DNA of 64,000 bases from a bacterium (GCA_963662285.2 CAXXMV010000006.1:832001-896000), one strand, 5' to 3'; shown: positions 21,538-31,893, numbered from the stretch's first letter. The notes: generated by a model not told the origin, from the letters alone. Made by a program: numbers and translations.

Positions 21538-21837
21538 ATGAAGCCTAAACAAGAAGATTGCGTAATATTTCCCGGCCGGTTGCCCAAGAAGGATATTGGA
21601 TTCGTCAATGCACTGCTTGATGACCATGAAGGCATGGTGGTGGTTCGTACTGTAGAAGCTGAAGAAGGCCGGATGGAGTATTGGGTATCGCCGGATATGG
21701 TTGAAGAATTCAAAATCTTTGCTGCTTATATCCGCGACGAAATCCATATCAATATGACGCTTGACGACCCTATACCGATAACGGATGAGATGGTTGATTT
21801 TTTAGAGAAGACGGGTGGAATAATTGCAGACGCATAA
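21538..21837 (+). CDS. DUF4911-like protein
   Basis: DIGFVNALLDDHEGMVVVRT motif. Confidence 0.7.
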   Translation: MKPKQEDCVIFPGRLPKKDIGFVNALLDDHEGMVVVRTVEAEEGRMEYWVSPDMVEEFKIFAAYIRDEIHINMTLDDPIPITDEMVDFLEKTGGIIADA

Positions 21838-21840
21838 ACC

Positions 21841-21868
21841 AAGGGGCGTCCGATGGGACGCCCCTTTT
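21841..21868. terminator. Terminator between convergent genes
   Basis: AAGGGGCGTCC-GATG-GGACGCCCCTTTT. Confidence 0.8.
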
Positions 21869-21894
21869 AGTCAATGTGAATGTAATTACGCAGT

Positions 21895-24108
21895 TTATTG
21901 TAATTCCCAACCAGAGACGCTAGTAGATTTCATATCCAACGCTTTTTGGACGGCGGCGGCCATATCGAGGCGGCCATAGCCATATTGCTCATTGAAGCCA
22001 TCGGCATTATAAGGCAGATCGCCGATCTTTATGGAAGTTTCCTTCAATACATCCAATAATTCATCAACCGATAAATCGGGATTAGCGGTAAGCGCCAAGG
22101 CAACAACGCCACTGGCCAACGGGCAAGCCGATGAGGTTCCGCCAAAGGTTGAATCGTAAGCTGAAACGGGATCATATCCCAAACCCGGAGCAGATGCATC
22201 CGTAGTCGTAATCGACTGATTGTATGATCCACCATCACTGGGAGCGAGAAACATAATTTCCGGTCCCCATTGGCTGTATGAAGAACGAACATCCTGATCG
22301 TTGCTGGCGCCAATATTGATAACTTTTGGATGTAGATTTTCTCCTATCAGTGGAGATATATTCTCAGGCATATCTCCACTGAATGGTTGTTCTAAAAGAA
22401 TCTCTTCATCCTGTTCATCATATCCAAGAAACACATATCCGTCTGCTTCTTGACCATCAATGAGAATACGGAAAAAGTCCTTATCTGCTTCTGAACTTAT
22501 TCTAAAATTAACATACAGATAAGATTCTGCATCAAAATCAGTTTCCCAAACCAATACGCTGGACTGATTATCATCTATATCACCGCTTTGAAATACATAA
22601 CCATCTTCGGTTAAATCTGTTGGTATGATCTGGAACGGGGCATCTCCCTTGCTGCTTAATTCATCAAGAAAATCAGTTGAATCAGCGTAAATTATTACGT
22701 AATTACTCTCATCTTCAATATCATCCAAATAGGCAGATCCAATCATAACCATATCTTCGCCGGATGATCCAGAAGCATCTTTTTCATAGACGAATTCGAT
22801 GGTGTGTTGACCCGGTTCCAGAGAGTAATCTGCTTCAAAGGTATAGAATGAACTGGCGTCGTTGCCTGAGGCGAATAAAACGGGGACGCCTTTATCTCCA
22901 CGTTTCCCCTGATCAGATGTCGCGAAATCCAGTGCTGAAAAAACCAGATCGGCCTGATCTATGCTTCCCCACGAATTGTTAATTACATCAGCGTATTTCG
23001 CTGCATAGCGAAGCGCGTCGGCAATGGATGACTCTACTGCCAGATCATCTTCTTCAGTAGGTTCTTCTTCACTACCAAAATATATTTTAGCGGGAAGAAT
23101 AGCGCTGCCAAAAGAAGCGCCTACAACGCCGATAGCATTATTTCCAATAGCTGCCGCTACTCCAGCTACTGATGTTCCATGCGCTTGTTCTGCATTATCA
23201 GGACTGGGGTCATTATCATTATTGCCGAAATCCCAGCCATGGATATCATCGATCAGGCCGTTGTTATCATCGTCAACGCCTTCCGTTCCAGCGGCTTCGA
23301 TGGGATTGGTATAGATATTTAAGTCAGGATGGTTAATGTCAACCGAGTCGTCGACTATCGCAATAACCGTATTGGCGCTTGGCATCTGCAAATCCCAGGC
23401 GGCTTCGGCGGAGACATGGGCGCCGGGCTTACCGCCGTTTTGACCAGTGTTATTAAGATGCCATTGCTTAGGATACATGTAATCATTGGGCTTAAAACGT
23501 TTCTTAATCTGTTTGGCGAAGTTTGGATTAGACCAGACCACGTCAGCATCATTCCATAAACTATCAGATACCGTAAAAGGATCGCGGGATGCATCAAAAC
23601 CTAGTATGAATTGATCATCAGTGAATAGAAGCGGCCGGATAATCGTCATATCATAGCGGTTGGCGATTGATTCGATATTGGCGCCCGGAGCTACGCATAC
23701 GATAACTTCTGGTCGTGGATAGACTAAGAGTTTGCTTCCAGGCCGATGGTATACCGGATAGATGAATTGCGTTTGATCGATTGATTGCAGAGAGTTTTGC
23801 TTTGGTTGAGGCGCGCTTGAATCATTGGTAGTGACTACTGTAAGTCCTCCGCCGATATAGCGCGAACTGGTTATGTTCTGCATTTGCGATTCGAGGCTTT
23901 TGATTGATTGCAGCGCTCTGCGTTTCGTACTTGCGCTATCTTTTTCAATAGAAACTCCAACGACATACTTGTTGGGAACCTGAATCAAGCGGTGAGTTTT
24001 TCCACTACTCTGATAGGTAGTTGTTTGAGCATACGAAAGAGAACTTGCGAACATGAAAATCATACAGGTAGAAGTCAATAAGAGAGTGGATTGAAAAAAA
24101 CGCTTCAT
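21895..24108 (-). CDS. Secreted S8 (subtilisin/kexin-like) serine protease
   Basis: Signal peptide ending SYA; VDDS, HGTSVAG, SGND, GTSSACP; AAGGAG RBS before ATG 24108; ends TSVSGWELQ. Confidence 0.92.
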   Translation of the reverse strand: MKRFFQSTLLLTSTCMIFMFASSLSYAQTTTYQSSGKTHRLIQVPNKYVVGVSIEKDSASTKRRALQSIKSLESQMQNITSSRYIGGGLTVVTTNDSSAPQPKQNSLQSIDQTQFIYPVYHRPGSKLLVYPRPEVIVCVAPGANIESIANRYDMTIIRPLLFTDDQFILGFDASRDPFTVSDSLWNDADVVWSNPNFAKQIKKRFKPNDYMYPKQWHLNNTGQNGGKPGAHVSAEAAWDLQMPSANTVIAIVDDSVDINHPDLNIYTNPIEAAGTEGVDDDNNGLIDDIHGWDFGNNDNDPSPDNAEQAHGTSVAGVAAAIGNNAIGVVGASFGSAILPAKIYFGSEEEPTEEDDLAVESSIADALRYAAKYADVINNSWGSIDQADLVFSALDFATSDQGKRGDKGVPVLFASGNDASSFYTFEADYSLEPGQHTIEFVYEKDASGSSGEDMVMIGSAYLDDIEDESNYVIIYADSTDFLDELSSKGDAPFQIIPTDLTEDGYVFQSGDIDDNQSSVLVWETDFDAESYLYVNFRISSEADKDFFRILIDGQEADGYVFLGYDEQDEEILLEQPFSGDMPENISPLIGENLHPKVINIGASNDQDVRSSYSQWGPEIMFLAPSDGGSYNQSITTTDASAPGLGYDPVSAYDSTFGGTSSACPLASGVVALALTANPDLSVDELLDVLKETSIKIGDLPYNADGFNEQYGYGRLDMAAAVQKALDMKSTSVSGWELQ

Positions 24109-24298
24109 AAAAATCTCCTTTGGAATATAAATATGGTACAAAGTACGCATAATGCTTAATATTAACAACTGTTAATAGTATCGGCAATTTTATGATTCTA
24201 CTTGAAATTTCAGGTAATGAGAATATTTATTCAAGCGGAGTCGTGAATTAAACTGATTCCATGCTAATATGTATCAAAAATAACGGTGGAGGAAACCG

Positions 24299-24670
24299 AT
24301 GAGTTTAATATGGGAAATGTATCAACAAGGCCGGATTGCCAAAGCGGAGTCAACCGCGCACCATAGTGCGGAAAAAGCTGTTGATGCAGCCGCAATGGTG
24401 CAACAGTTCCAGGATAAAATCGACAAACTGGTTTTGATTAATATGGCTATATGGGAACTATTAAAAGAATCCTCCGATGTTACTGAGGATGATTTAATGA
24501 AAAAGATGACAGAGATCGATCTTTCTGACGGTAAACTTGACGGTAAATTCCGCCATACGGCTATCACCTGCACCCAATGCGGGCGAACCATGTCCAATAA
24601 GCACCGCCGCTGTCTGTATTGCGGACATGAACCAGAAAGCCAGGGCGCTTTTGATTCTGTTACAGGTTAA
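24299..24670 (+). CDS. Hypothetical protein with C-terminal zinc ribbon
   Basis: CTQC...CLYC; GGAGG RBS. Confidence 0.75.
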   Translation: MSLIWEMYQQGRIAKAESTAHHSAEKAVDAAAMVQQFQDKIDKLVLINMAIWELLKESSDVTEDDLMKKMTEIDLSDGKLDGKFRHTAITCTQCGRTMSNKHRRCLYCGHEPESQGAFDSVTG

Positions 24671-24695
24671 GCAAGTATTGGTTTTGCAGGCTTTT

Positions 24696-25280
24696 TTATT
24701 CAGATAATTCATTCCACTGACGGTCAGGGAAATCAAATGATATTTCCTGGCCGTTTCTTGTTGCAGTCAGCGTGAACGGTGGATTGGGGGGATTGTCAAT
24801 TTCCCATTCGAAGCCGGTAACATCCGCTTGGAGAGAAATTTGTTCTTTAGTCAGGGTGATCGATGCATCTGGAGTGACATTGCCGTTTAATTTCGTATCT
24901 TTTCCTCCCGTGATGGATGCAGCATTGTTCACGATCAGGAATATTTTATCGTCTCTCAAGGCTTGATGATAAGCGAACATGGCATTGATTTCATGATCCG
25001 ATGAAGCAACCAGTTTGGCTGGTCCTTGCATCATGTTACGAATTTTCGCAACTAGATTGGCGTCTTTAATTTCTTTGAAACTTTCTTCGAAATCAGAACC
25101 GTTCTCTCCATGACATTCAGCGCAGGAATCTGCAAAAGATTCAATGGGACCAACGTATAAGTTGACTAACTTTCCCTGGTTTGTTTCAGCTGAATCAAGG
25201 CTTTGCCGGTTGCAGCCGTATATCAAAATCAAGGCAATAAACAGGCTGGTTAATGTCACGAGTCGCATAAAAGGTTTCAT
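24696..25280 (-). CDS. Monoheme cytochrome c lipoprotein with C-terminal beta domain
   Basis: LIYGC lipobox, CAECH heme motif, downstream Met. Confidence 0.65.
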   Translation of the reverse strand: MKPFMRLVTLTSLFIALILIYGCNRQSLDSAETNQGKLVNLYVGPIESFADSCAECHGENGSDFEESFKEIKDANLVAKIRNMMQGPAKLVASSDHEINAMFAYHQALRDDKIFLIVNNAASITGGKDTKLNGNVTPDASITLTKEQISLQADVTGFEWEIDNPPNPPFTLTATRNGQEISFDFPDRQWNELSE

Positions 25281-25515
25281 TATTATTTTTCTTTGATTAT
25301 TTACCGTTGCATCATTTATATTTGCATCGAATGACTGGCGGTACATGAGTTCTATTGCACCATAAATAGAGTGTTGGCGTACAATGGCAAGAGCCGGACG
25401 ATTAGGGATTTTACCGTTTTATCCAATATCCATCAATAGCGATGCATAACGGCGTCAGGCAGTATAGTAATGAGTTACTATACAATTTATCCATTCTATT
25501 TTCCTTATGTTTGTA

Positions 25516-25905
25516 TTACTTGTTTGTTTCAGTTGGAGGCATGGATTTCAGGCGCGCCGCCGGGAGGCGTTTGAGGCTTTGGCTGCGTGGGTCGACTTCA
25601 ATGCCTAAGGATTCCAGGGCGGTTACACCCAGGATTGGTTCGGCGTCGTCGGCGCCGAAAATTATGGTTGAGCCTACCAAGTCACCCATGAACTCGATTT
25701 CCGCTGTTGTGATATCCAGTTTCACTTCGCTGCCGTCGGCAAGTTCATAAATCCGCTTGCCGCGTGGTTCCAGCCCGATTGCCCGTAAATGCTTCGCCGG
25801 AACCAGGCAATCGACCGCCCCCGTATCAACCAGAAACAATCCATCCCATGACTTGTCTAATTGAGCTGGATTGTGGACTGTTACTGTGACGTGCGGCATT
25901 GACAT
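25516..25905 (-). CDS. Clan AA aspartic protease (AF_0612-like)
   Basis: LVDTGA, LADG, ILGVTALESLG. Confidence 0.88.
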   Translation of the reverse strand: MSMPHVTVTVHNPAQLDKSWDGLFLVDTGAVDCLVPAKHLRAIGLEPRGKRIYELADGSEVKLDITTAEIEFMGDLVGSTIIFGADDAEPILGVTALESLGIEVDPRSQSLKRLPAARLKSMPPTETNK

Positions 25906-26060
25906 TTTTCTTTCTCCAATTGAGACTTTGCGGAACTCCAATTATAGAATTTTTACTCCATAAAGCCAAATTATCATAAGTATTCTTGTCTCAAAAAATC
26001 ATTATACAGCAGTATTACGAAGAAAAAGCAACTATTTTATTGATTGCGATAAACTTATTG

Positions 26061-26687
26061 CTAAATGTTTTGCTTATTTATGATCAAGTCGAGTGTTTGT
26101 GGAATTCTCTTTATTATAATCTCACCTGATTTTGTAATGGTTAGTTTTACTTTCTTTCCAATGTAGAAAGCATCAAAAATGAACATTCTATCTTCATACT
26201 TTATCCCGTTTCTGGTAAACGAATATTTAACAGCCATAGAAGTGTGAAATCTATATTTCTTTTCAACAGTTTTATTGGGCGAGACATCACCGAATTTATA
26301 TGATTGTTTTGGGGATGATAAACATATATCCTTGATAACAATATCTGACTGATTCTCAAAAACAGCTGTGCTTGTGTAGACTAAAGAACTAAATAAGATT
26401 GAGATGCCTATTGAAATTGGAATATTAATGATCAAAACGAATAAAGCCTGTAGAGTCTTTTTTGGAAGATTTTCAATATTTCTTTTTCTGGCTTTTTTGT
26501 AAGATATTGTCAGGCATATTCCGCCAATGAAACATAAAGGTAGGCCAAAATATAAATGTGGTAAACATGTTAAAATTAAAATTAGCAACAAACTGTTTTT
26601 AACAAGCAAGCATGCAAGGATCAGGCTGATACTGATGCATAATGGTATCAGTCCACACACTAAAGCGGTTCGATATAATTTATTCAT
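26061..26687 (-). CDS. Hypothetical membrane protein
   Basis: Three TM segments plus soluble domain; overlaps HNH stop; AT-rich. Confidence 0.6.
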   Translation of the reverse strand: MNKLYRTALVCGLIPLCISISLILACLLVKNSLLLILILTCLPHLYFGLPLCFIGGICLTISYKKARKRNIENLPKKTLQALFVLIINIPISIGISILFSSLVYTSTAVFENQSDIVIKDICLSSPKQSYKFGDVSPNKTVEKKYRFHTSMAVKYSFTRNGIKYEDRMFIFDAFYIGKKVKLTITKSGEIIIKRIPQTLDLIINKQNI

Positions 26688-27270
26688 TATCTAAGATTTC
26701 TCTGGTTTGCTTGGGAAACTTTTTTATCAACCACTTAAGGGTTTCAACCTGGTCGCTGCTTTTTGCCCTTCTAATCTGTATCAAAAGTTTTTGCAAAGAA
26801 GGTCGTTCTAAGGTTAGATTAGAGGCGCCTTCATTGCAGATTGAACATAGGGCGCGAAGGTTTGAAGGATCATCTGTTCCACCCAGGGACTTGTCAACGA
26901 TATGACCTATATGGAGCCGGGTCTTTCGTGATGGATCATAAGGGTGAGGTTCGCTGGCTACAGCGCCGCACATCTGGCAAGTGAAACCGTTTCTATCCAG
27001 CACAAAAGCGCGTGTTTCTTTTGAGATACTGCGTTCAAATGCTGGCTGAGGATTTGGGTTTTCAAGAATATATTGGCCGGGTATCAGGTCACTACGGTCA
27101 TTGTGAGTTTGGATTTGATATCCTTCTTCAGTGCGCAGTTCTCTTACCCTTCGCGCCCATTCAGTTATTCCACCAGCCACTTCACGTAATTCATTAGAAT
27201 CCATGATTCTGCCAATATTGTCAAGAAAATATTCTCTTAGTTTTGTTCTTGCGCCTTTCTTTTTTGACAT
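26680..27270 (-). CDS. HNH endonuclease with N-terminal HTH-like region
   Basis: CQMC, LHIGHIVDKSLGG, NLRALCSICN. Confidence 0.88.
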   Translation of the reverse strand: MSKKKGARTKLREYFLDNIGRIMDSNELREVAGGITEWARRVRELRTEEGYQIQTHNDRSDLIPGQYILENPNPQPAFERSISKETRAFVLDRNGFTCQMCGAVASEPHPYDPSRKTRLHIGHIVDKSLGGTDDPSNLRALCSICNEGASNLTLERPSLQKLLIQIRRAKSSDQVETLKWLIKKFPKQTREILDNE

Positions 27271-27282
27271 AACGTGATTCCT

Positions 27283-28242
27283 TTATCCTGCTAAAGTGAA
27301 TATTTTCCTCTGCGATAAGCACTTGTGTATTTGTCTAGAAACCGCATGTGCAACAGGTGGAGGGAAAGCATTACCAATTTGACGATAAGCTGGAGTCTTT
27401 TTACCAGTGAAATGCCAGTCATCAGGAAATCCTTGAATTCTTGCTACCATTTCAACGGTCAATTTTGGCATACCTACAAAGTTTTTTTCAGGTGGTTCAT
27501 TGGCGATGCCCATTCCATCAACGCCAAGCGTCGCCCATGCTCGTTTGGCGCGTGTGGGACCCAAATCAGGTCCACCGTGTTTTCGGGATCCACCCACAAT
27601 GGTAGGCCCAATATCATCGGCTTGTTTCATCCATTTCTTGGCGCCTTTCCAATTACATGACGCCATTAGGTCATAAAGTAATTCACCAATGCTTGGAGGG
27701 TTATTGTCATGAATTTTTGGCCAGGAAAAAAGTTCAGAAATATCTTTGCGGATAGCAACAATAACAAAACGGGGTCTTAACTGTGATACGCCAAAGTCAG
27801 AAGAGTTAAGCAATCTCCAATCGACAACATAATTCATTTTTTCAAATTGCCGTTTCAACTTAGAGCGATAGTTCTCAAAGACCGCATCTAAAAATCCACG
27901 TACATTTTCTAACATCACTGCACGGGGTCGACATTCATCAACAAGACGCAATGCTTCGGGAAATAAGTCACGTTCATCCTTTTTGCCTAATTGCTTACCA
28001 GCTTTTGAAAAAGGGGGACAGGGTACGCCACCTGAAAGAAGATCGATATTTTTATAGTTAGTTGCGTCAAATTCTCTGATATCAGCTTCGATTACATTCC
28101 AATTAGGTCTGTTATATCTAAGGGTATTACAACAATGCTTGTCAATTTCAATCAATGCCTCTGGTTCAAAACCAGAACGCTCAAGGCCTAAAGCCTGCCC
28201 ACCAGCCCCGGCGCAGATTTCTATACAGTTTAGTTTTTCCAT
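27283..28242 (-). CDS. DNA (cytosine-5) methyltransferase, NgoMIV/NaeI-like
   Basis: CAGAGG, GVPCPPFS, ENV, QLRPR, YRQIGNA; TRD PTIVGGSRKHGGPDLGPTRA resembles GCCGGC enzymes. Confidence 0.93.
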   Translation of the reverse strand: MEKLNCIEICAGAGGQALGLERSGFEPEALIEIDKHCCNTLRYNRPNWNVIEADIREFDATNYKNIDLLSGGVPCPPFSKAGKQLGKKDERDLFPEALRLVDECRPRAVMLENVRGFLDAVFENYRSKLKRQFEKMNYVVDWRLLNSSDFGVSQLRPRFVIVAIRKDISELFSWPKIHDNNPPSIGELLYDLMASCNWKGAKKWMKQADDIGPTIVGGSRKHGGPDLGPTRAKRAWATLGVDGMGIANEPPEKNFVGMPKLTVEMVARIQGFPDDWHFTGKKTPAYRQIGNAFPPPVAHAVSRQIHKCLSQRKIFTLAG

Positions 28243-28440
28243 TATATTCCGTCTTGAATTCCCCTTTGATTCTGTTCGGCAACAAAGAAATCCGCTTTGA
28301 GCAGTTCACCATATCAAGTCTCCGGCTCTGTCAAAGGTAGATGACTTCTCCAATCGAAAATCTTATCCTTGCATCACTACGATTTTAGCATTAACGCTGC
28401 ATAAAAGTCAATTAAAGTTGTTATGCTGCTAAATGCTAAA

Positions 28441-28473
28441 AAAATCCCGGCGGATAATCACCGCCGGGATTTT
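28441..28473. terminator. Bidirectional-type hairpin terminator
   Basis: AAAATCCCGGCGG/CCGCCGGGATTTT. Confidence 0.8.
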
Positions 28474-28495
28474 CATAATTACATGGTAGGTGTTA

Positions 28496-30313
28496 TTAGA
28501 ATAGTTGCCATTCAGCAACAGGTACGGGCTGTTCAAGGGCTGATAGGTCCCAGTGGGCGTCGCGGCTGCTGAAGCTGGAGCGGCTTGGGAAGGCGAAGTT
28601 TAATCCTGGGTCTTTGACTTGCATTCCGATGTGTCCATAGGAATCGTAGCCGGTAAACATGTGTTCGATATCAGCGATATCTACTGAGAACTCGGCGGCC
28701 CAGGTGTTGGCGTCGATGATGTAGGCGTTGTATTGGAATGAAGGAGCGTTCCAATCCGTTCCGCCTGCTGTGTCGGGAGAGATGTCATCCCAGTATCCAG
28801 CTGAATCGCCGGCGAATTTTACATATTCCTGACCGTCCACCGTTCCGGGATTGGGTGCAAAGACGATTTCCCAGGAGTCGGTCTGCCATTTGAGCAGAGT
28901 ATCGTTTTCGGAGTCGGTTACCAGTGAACTGGTGTCGGGATCGACCAGAACAAAGGCGCAATATAGTTTGACGCCATCGGTCAGGATGTATGAGCGGGTC
29001 ATGTTGTAAGGCTCTCCAACGGGTAGGTAGGAGTCGTCTTCCCATTGGGAAATCTCGTTAGCCGATTCGGCGTATACTGCGTCAAGCGCGTCGTCGGTTA
29101 CGTCGGGAGCATCTGCAGGATCAATGCGGTTAACGGTGTAGTTAGGATCAACCGGTTCACTAGGAATGGTTATGATTTCGAGTTGGTCGATATAAATAGC
29201 CGCTTCAAAAGCGTCTACAGGTTCGCCGCCCACGCCTTGGATGGAAATTTCCCAACCAATCAGGCTGCCCCGGTTGGCTTCTATATCCGGATGAGCGTCC
29301 CAGGGATTTTCTTCAAAGGCGCTGAAGGATGCTGTGATGGTAGTCCATTCAGCCGATTTGGGGCCGACCGCGTCAAGATAACGGATCACTTCGCCAGTGT
29401 CGTCGCGCAGCTGGAAGACGATCAATACCGCATCGTCGACCAGGTTGTCGGGGTCGCCTTTGACTTGATAGCGTATCGCTTGATCAGCGTTAAAAGCGAA
29501 TGGCGCTTGATTCATCGAACGTACGCCAGCGTATCCCCAGATGCCGCCGTCAAAGCTCATAGCCAGTTTCATGGAGTTGGCGCCTTCAACGCTATCGGTT
29601 GATAATTGGGCTGAGCCTAGCCCTGAAGTTCCCGTTCCGGCGTAAGCGTTGGTGAGGGCGGTTTGATTCTCATATTCATAATCATCCAGCACCTGGTCGC
29701 CGCTGGCGGCGGGCGCTTCGTCGTTGATCTTTATGTTGTCGAGATAGATGGTGGCTTCATAGGGATCAATAACTTCTCCCCCAACGCCCTGAACCAAAAT
29801 TTCCCAGTTAACAATGTCTTCCAGATTGGCTGATACATCAGGATTGGCGTCCCAGGGGCTGTCTGCGAAAGCCCGGAAAGGAACTCTGATTGTTGTCCAA
29901 GCCGATGATTTGGGGCCGGTGTAATCCAGGAAGCGGGAAATTTCACCAGCGGAGTCGCGAAATTGGAAAACCAGTACTACGCCATCATTAGTAAAGTTTT
30001 CTGGATCGCCTTTGATGTCATAGGTTAAGACCTGACCATCCTGGAAAGAAAACGGTTCTGTTTCAAATGCTTGAACTCCGCAACTGCCCCATATCGCGCC
30101 GTCATAGAATAGATATAGTTCCATGGCATGAGAATCGGCGTCGAGATCGGCGAGATAGGCCTCGCCTGCACCAAGCCAGTTGTAGTTGTCAAAAATCATT
30201 CCGGGGTCTTCATACTCGAAGTCATCCAGGATGACTTCTTGAGCCTGCGCATCAGGTAAAAACGCCAGGCATAACAATAAGGTTGCGCCATACAAATAAC
30301 TTTTTGCTATCAT
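28496..30313 (-). CDS. Secreted acidic protein: two CBM11-like repeats plus CBM9/DOMON-like domain
   Basis: AAGGAG RBS before ATG 30313; signal ending AQA; internal duplication (LDDFEYE...IYLDNI / LDDYEYE...IYIDQL); ends VPVAEWQLF. Confidence 0.65.
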   Translation of the reverse strand: MIAKSYLYGATLLLCLAFLPDAQAQEVILDDFEYEDPGMIFDNYNWLGAGEAYLADLDADSHAMELYLFYDGAIWGSCGVQAFETEPFSFQDGQVLTYDIKGDPENFTNDGVVLVFQFRDSAGEISRFLDYTGPKSSAWTTIRVPFRAFADSPWDANPDVSANLEDIVNWEILVQGVGGEVIDPYEATIYLDNIKINDEAPAASGDQVLDDYEYENQTALTNAYAGTGTSGLGSAQLSTDSVEGANSMKLAMSFDGGIWGYAGVRSMNQAPFAFNADQAIRYQVKGDPDNLVDDAVLIVFQLRDDTGEVIRYLDAVGPKSAEWTTITASFSAFEENPWDAHPDIEANRGSLIGWEISIQGVGGEPVDAFEAAIYIDQLEIITIPSEPVDPNYTVNRIDPADAPDVTDDALDAVYAESANEISQWEDDSYLPVGEPYNMTRSYILTDGVKLYCAFVLVDPDTSSLVTDSENDTLLKWQTDSWEIVFAPNPGTVDGQEYVKFAGDSAGYWDDISPDTAGGTDWNAPSFQYNAYIIDANTWAAEFSVDIADIEHMFTGYDSYGHIGMQVKDPGLNFAFPSRSSFSSRDAHWDLSALEQPVPVAEWQLF

Positions 30314-30401
30314 TGTTTCTCCTTTTCCATATTTGAATAAAGTGTTTGGTTCCTTCCCTATAATTGGGTAAGGTTCGGATAGGGTTGGATATGTTGAAGA
30401 A

Positions 30402-30440
30402 CAACCCCCCTCTAACTCCCCCCCAACTTGGGGGGAGAAT
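30402..30440. repeat. C/G-run REP-like hairpin (family 2)
   Basis: CAACCCCCCTCTAACTCCCCCCCAACTTGGGGGGAGAAT; related copies at 31814, 40212, 53339, 53440, 53649. Confidence 0.75.
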
Positions 30441-30509
30441 GTGAGGTCTAATATTATTTTAATGGAAGTTGGTGATAAAACAATTATTGCGGAAAGGGAT
30501 TGTTTCTTA

Positions 30510-31748
30510 TCATGAAGCGAATGATTCGAAATTGTTTCCAAAGAGACGCTTAACGTCGCGCTGGATTTCTTCTTCGGTAACAGTCCAACCGGAAATAAGT
30601 ATATCTGAATACTTATCGGTCAGGACATCGGCGATGATGCGTCGTGAGTGAGGCCATTTATAGAGCAGCTGATCCAGCACCCGCGCATCGGAATGCTGCG
30701 GTACGAAACTCCATCCCAATAGTTCCAGGCGTTCGCGGGTGATCTCTTCGATGATGCTGGGATTATTCATATACCACCAGCAGCCGAAGGGCAGCAGGTT
30801 GCCGAATTTCCGTGCGATGATGCATAGTTCATGCTGGTTCTCGCGGCTCAACATGGTTACCAGGAACCGGTTGTCAGGATGTTTCAGGCATAAATTTTCG
30901 ACGCAGGATAGATCGGTGCGTCCCACGCTGTCGCCCGCCAGTTGCAATTCGGGATTAAGCAGTTTCTTGACGCCGATCATGGCGGCGAAGGGCAGGTTGC
31001 GTTCACGGGCGAAAGGCAGAATGCAGGTTTTGAGAATACGGGTGCGGATGCTGTCATCGGGATATTTGAAACTGGGCGGCAGTGAAACCGCCAGATAACG
31101 CGGATTGATGCGGTCCGACCAATCACTCAGGAAGCGGCGCACCTCTTTAGCCGAAGCATCGGTGAAATCGGTTCCAACCTCATAACCCGTTTGGCGCAAC
31201 GTCGAAGAGGCGACATCCCAATCCATTAATAATGGATCAATGCGCAGAGCAGCCTGAAAGCGGGGATGATTGGAACCGACATTATCCCATACTTCGCGCT
31301 CTACCGGATCGAAGGGATCATTGGTCATCACGGCGTAGGTTACATTGGCTTTTTGGAAAACCGTCTCTATATATTGATCAACTGTTTGTTCACGGAAATA
31401 AGCGCGGATTGATTCGAGGTCGCGTTCAGCTGGATCGAATCCCAGTGACTGAATGCAGGTGACGACGCCCCGGCATGCTTCAGAAATGGGAGCGCGTTCG
31501 ATGAACAGATGCTTCCAGATATGATCGGCCTGTTCAGTTTTTGACATTGACCAGTATTGCGCATAAGGTATGGGATCAACGCGCATTACTTCCGCTACCA
31601 GGTAATGGTATGTCAGAAGTTCGTCGATGCCCCATAGCAGGATAGAACCGAAAGACGGGGGGAATAAATGGGTGTGCATATCCACCACTAGCGTCTCGTG
31701 GACAATATCATTTACGGTCTGTTCTATATTAGTTATGGAAATAGTCAT
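30510..31748 (-). CDS. uxaC: Uronate (glucuronate) isomerase, Bh0493-type
   Basis: DMHTH, LLTYHYL, MTND, FGCWWY, PQHSDARVLDQL. Confidence 0.85.
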   Translation of the reverse strand: MTISITNIEQTVNDIVHETLVVDMHTHLFPPSFGSILLWGIDELLTYHYLVAEVMRVDPIPYAQYWSMSKTEQADHIWKHLFIERAPISEACRGVVTCIQSLGFDPAERDLESIRAYFREQTVDQYIETVFQKANVTYAVMTNDPFDPVEREVWDNVGSNHPRFQAALRIDPLLMDWDVASSTLRQTGYEVGTDFTDASAKEVRRFLSDWSDRINPRYLAVSLPPSFKYPDDSIRTRILKTCILPFARERNLPFAAMIGVKKLLNPELQLAGDSVGRTDLSCVENLCLKHPDNRFLVTMLSRENQHELCIIARKFGNLLPFGCWWYMNNPSIIEEITRERLELLGWSFVPQHSDARVLDQLLYKWPHSRRIIADVLTDKYSDILISGWTVTEEEIQRDVKRLFGNNFESFAS

Positions 31749-31813
31749 TTAATGCTCTCCAGTTTTCTCTGATGCAATCATGGTAAGTACTTAGTAATAT
31801 CATAATTCCTCAA

Positions 31814-31893
31814 CAAGTTTGGGGGAGGTTAGGAGGGGGTTGTTTGGTCGAAACGCAACCCCCCTCTAACTCCCCCCAGGCTTGGAGGGAGAA
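31814..31893. repeat. Family 2 REP-like doublet
   Basis: GGGGGAGGTTAGGAGGGGGTTG...CAACCCCCCTCTAACTCCCCCC. Confidence 0.75.

Noticed and set aside
30314-30541. 76-aa N-terminal extension of the 681-aa ORF
   Set aside because: It runs through a repeat and overlaps uxaC; the RBS and signal peptide point to ATG 30313
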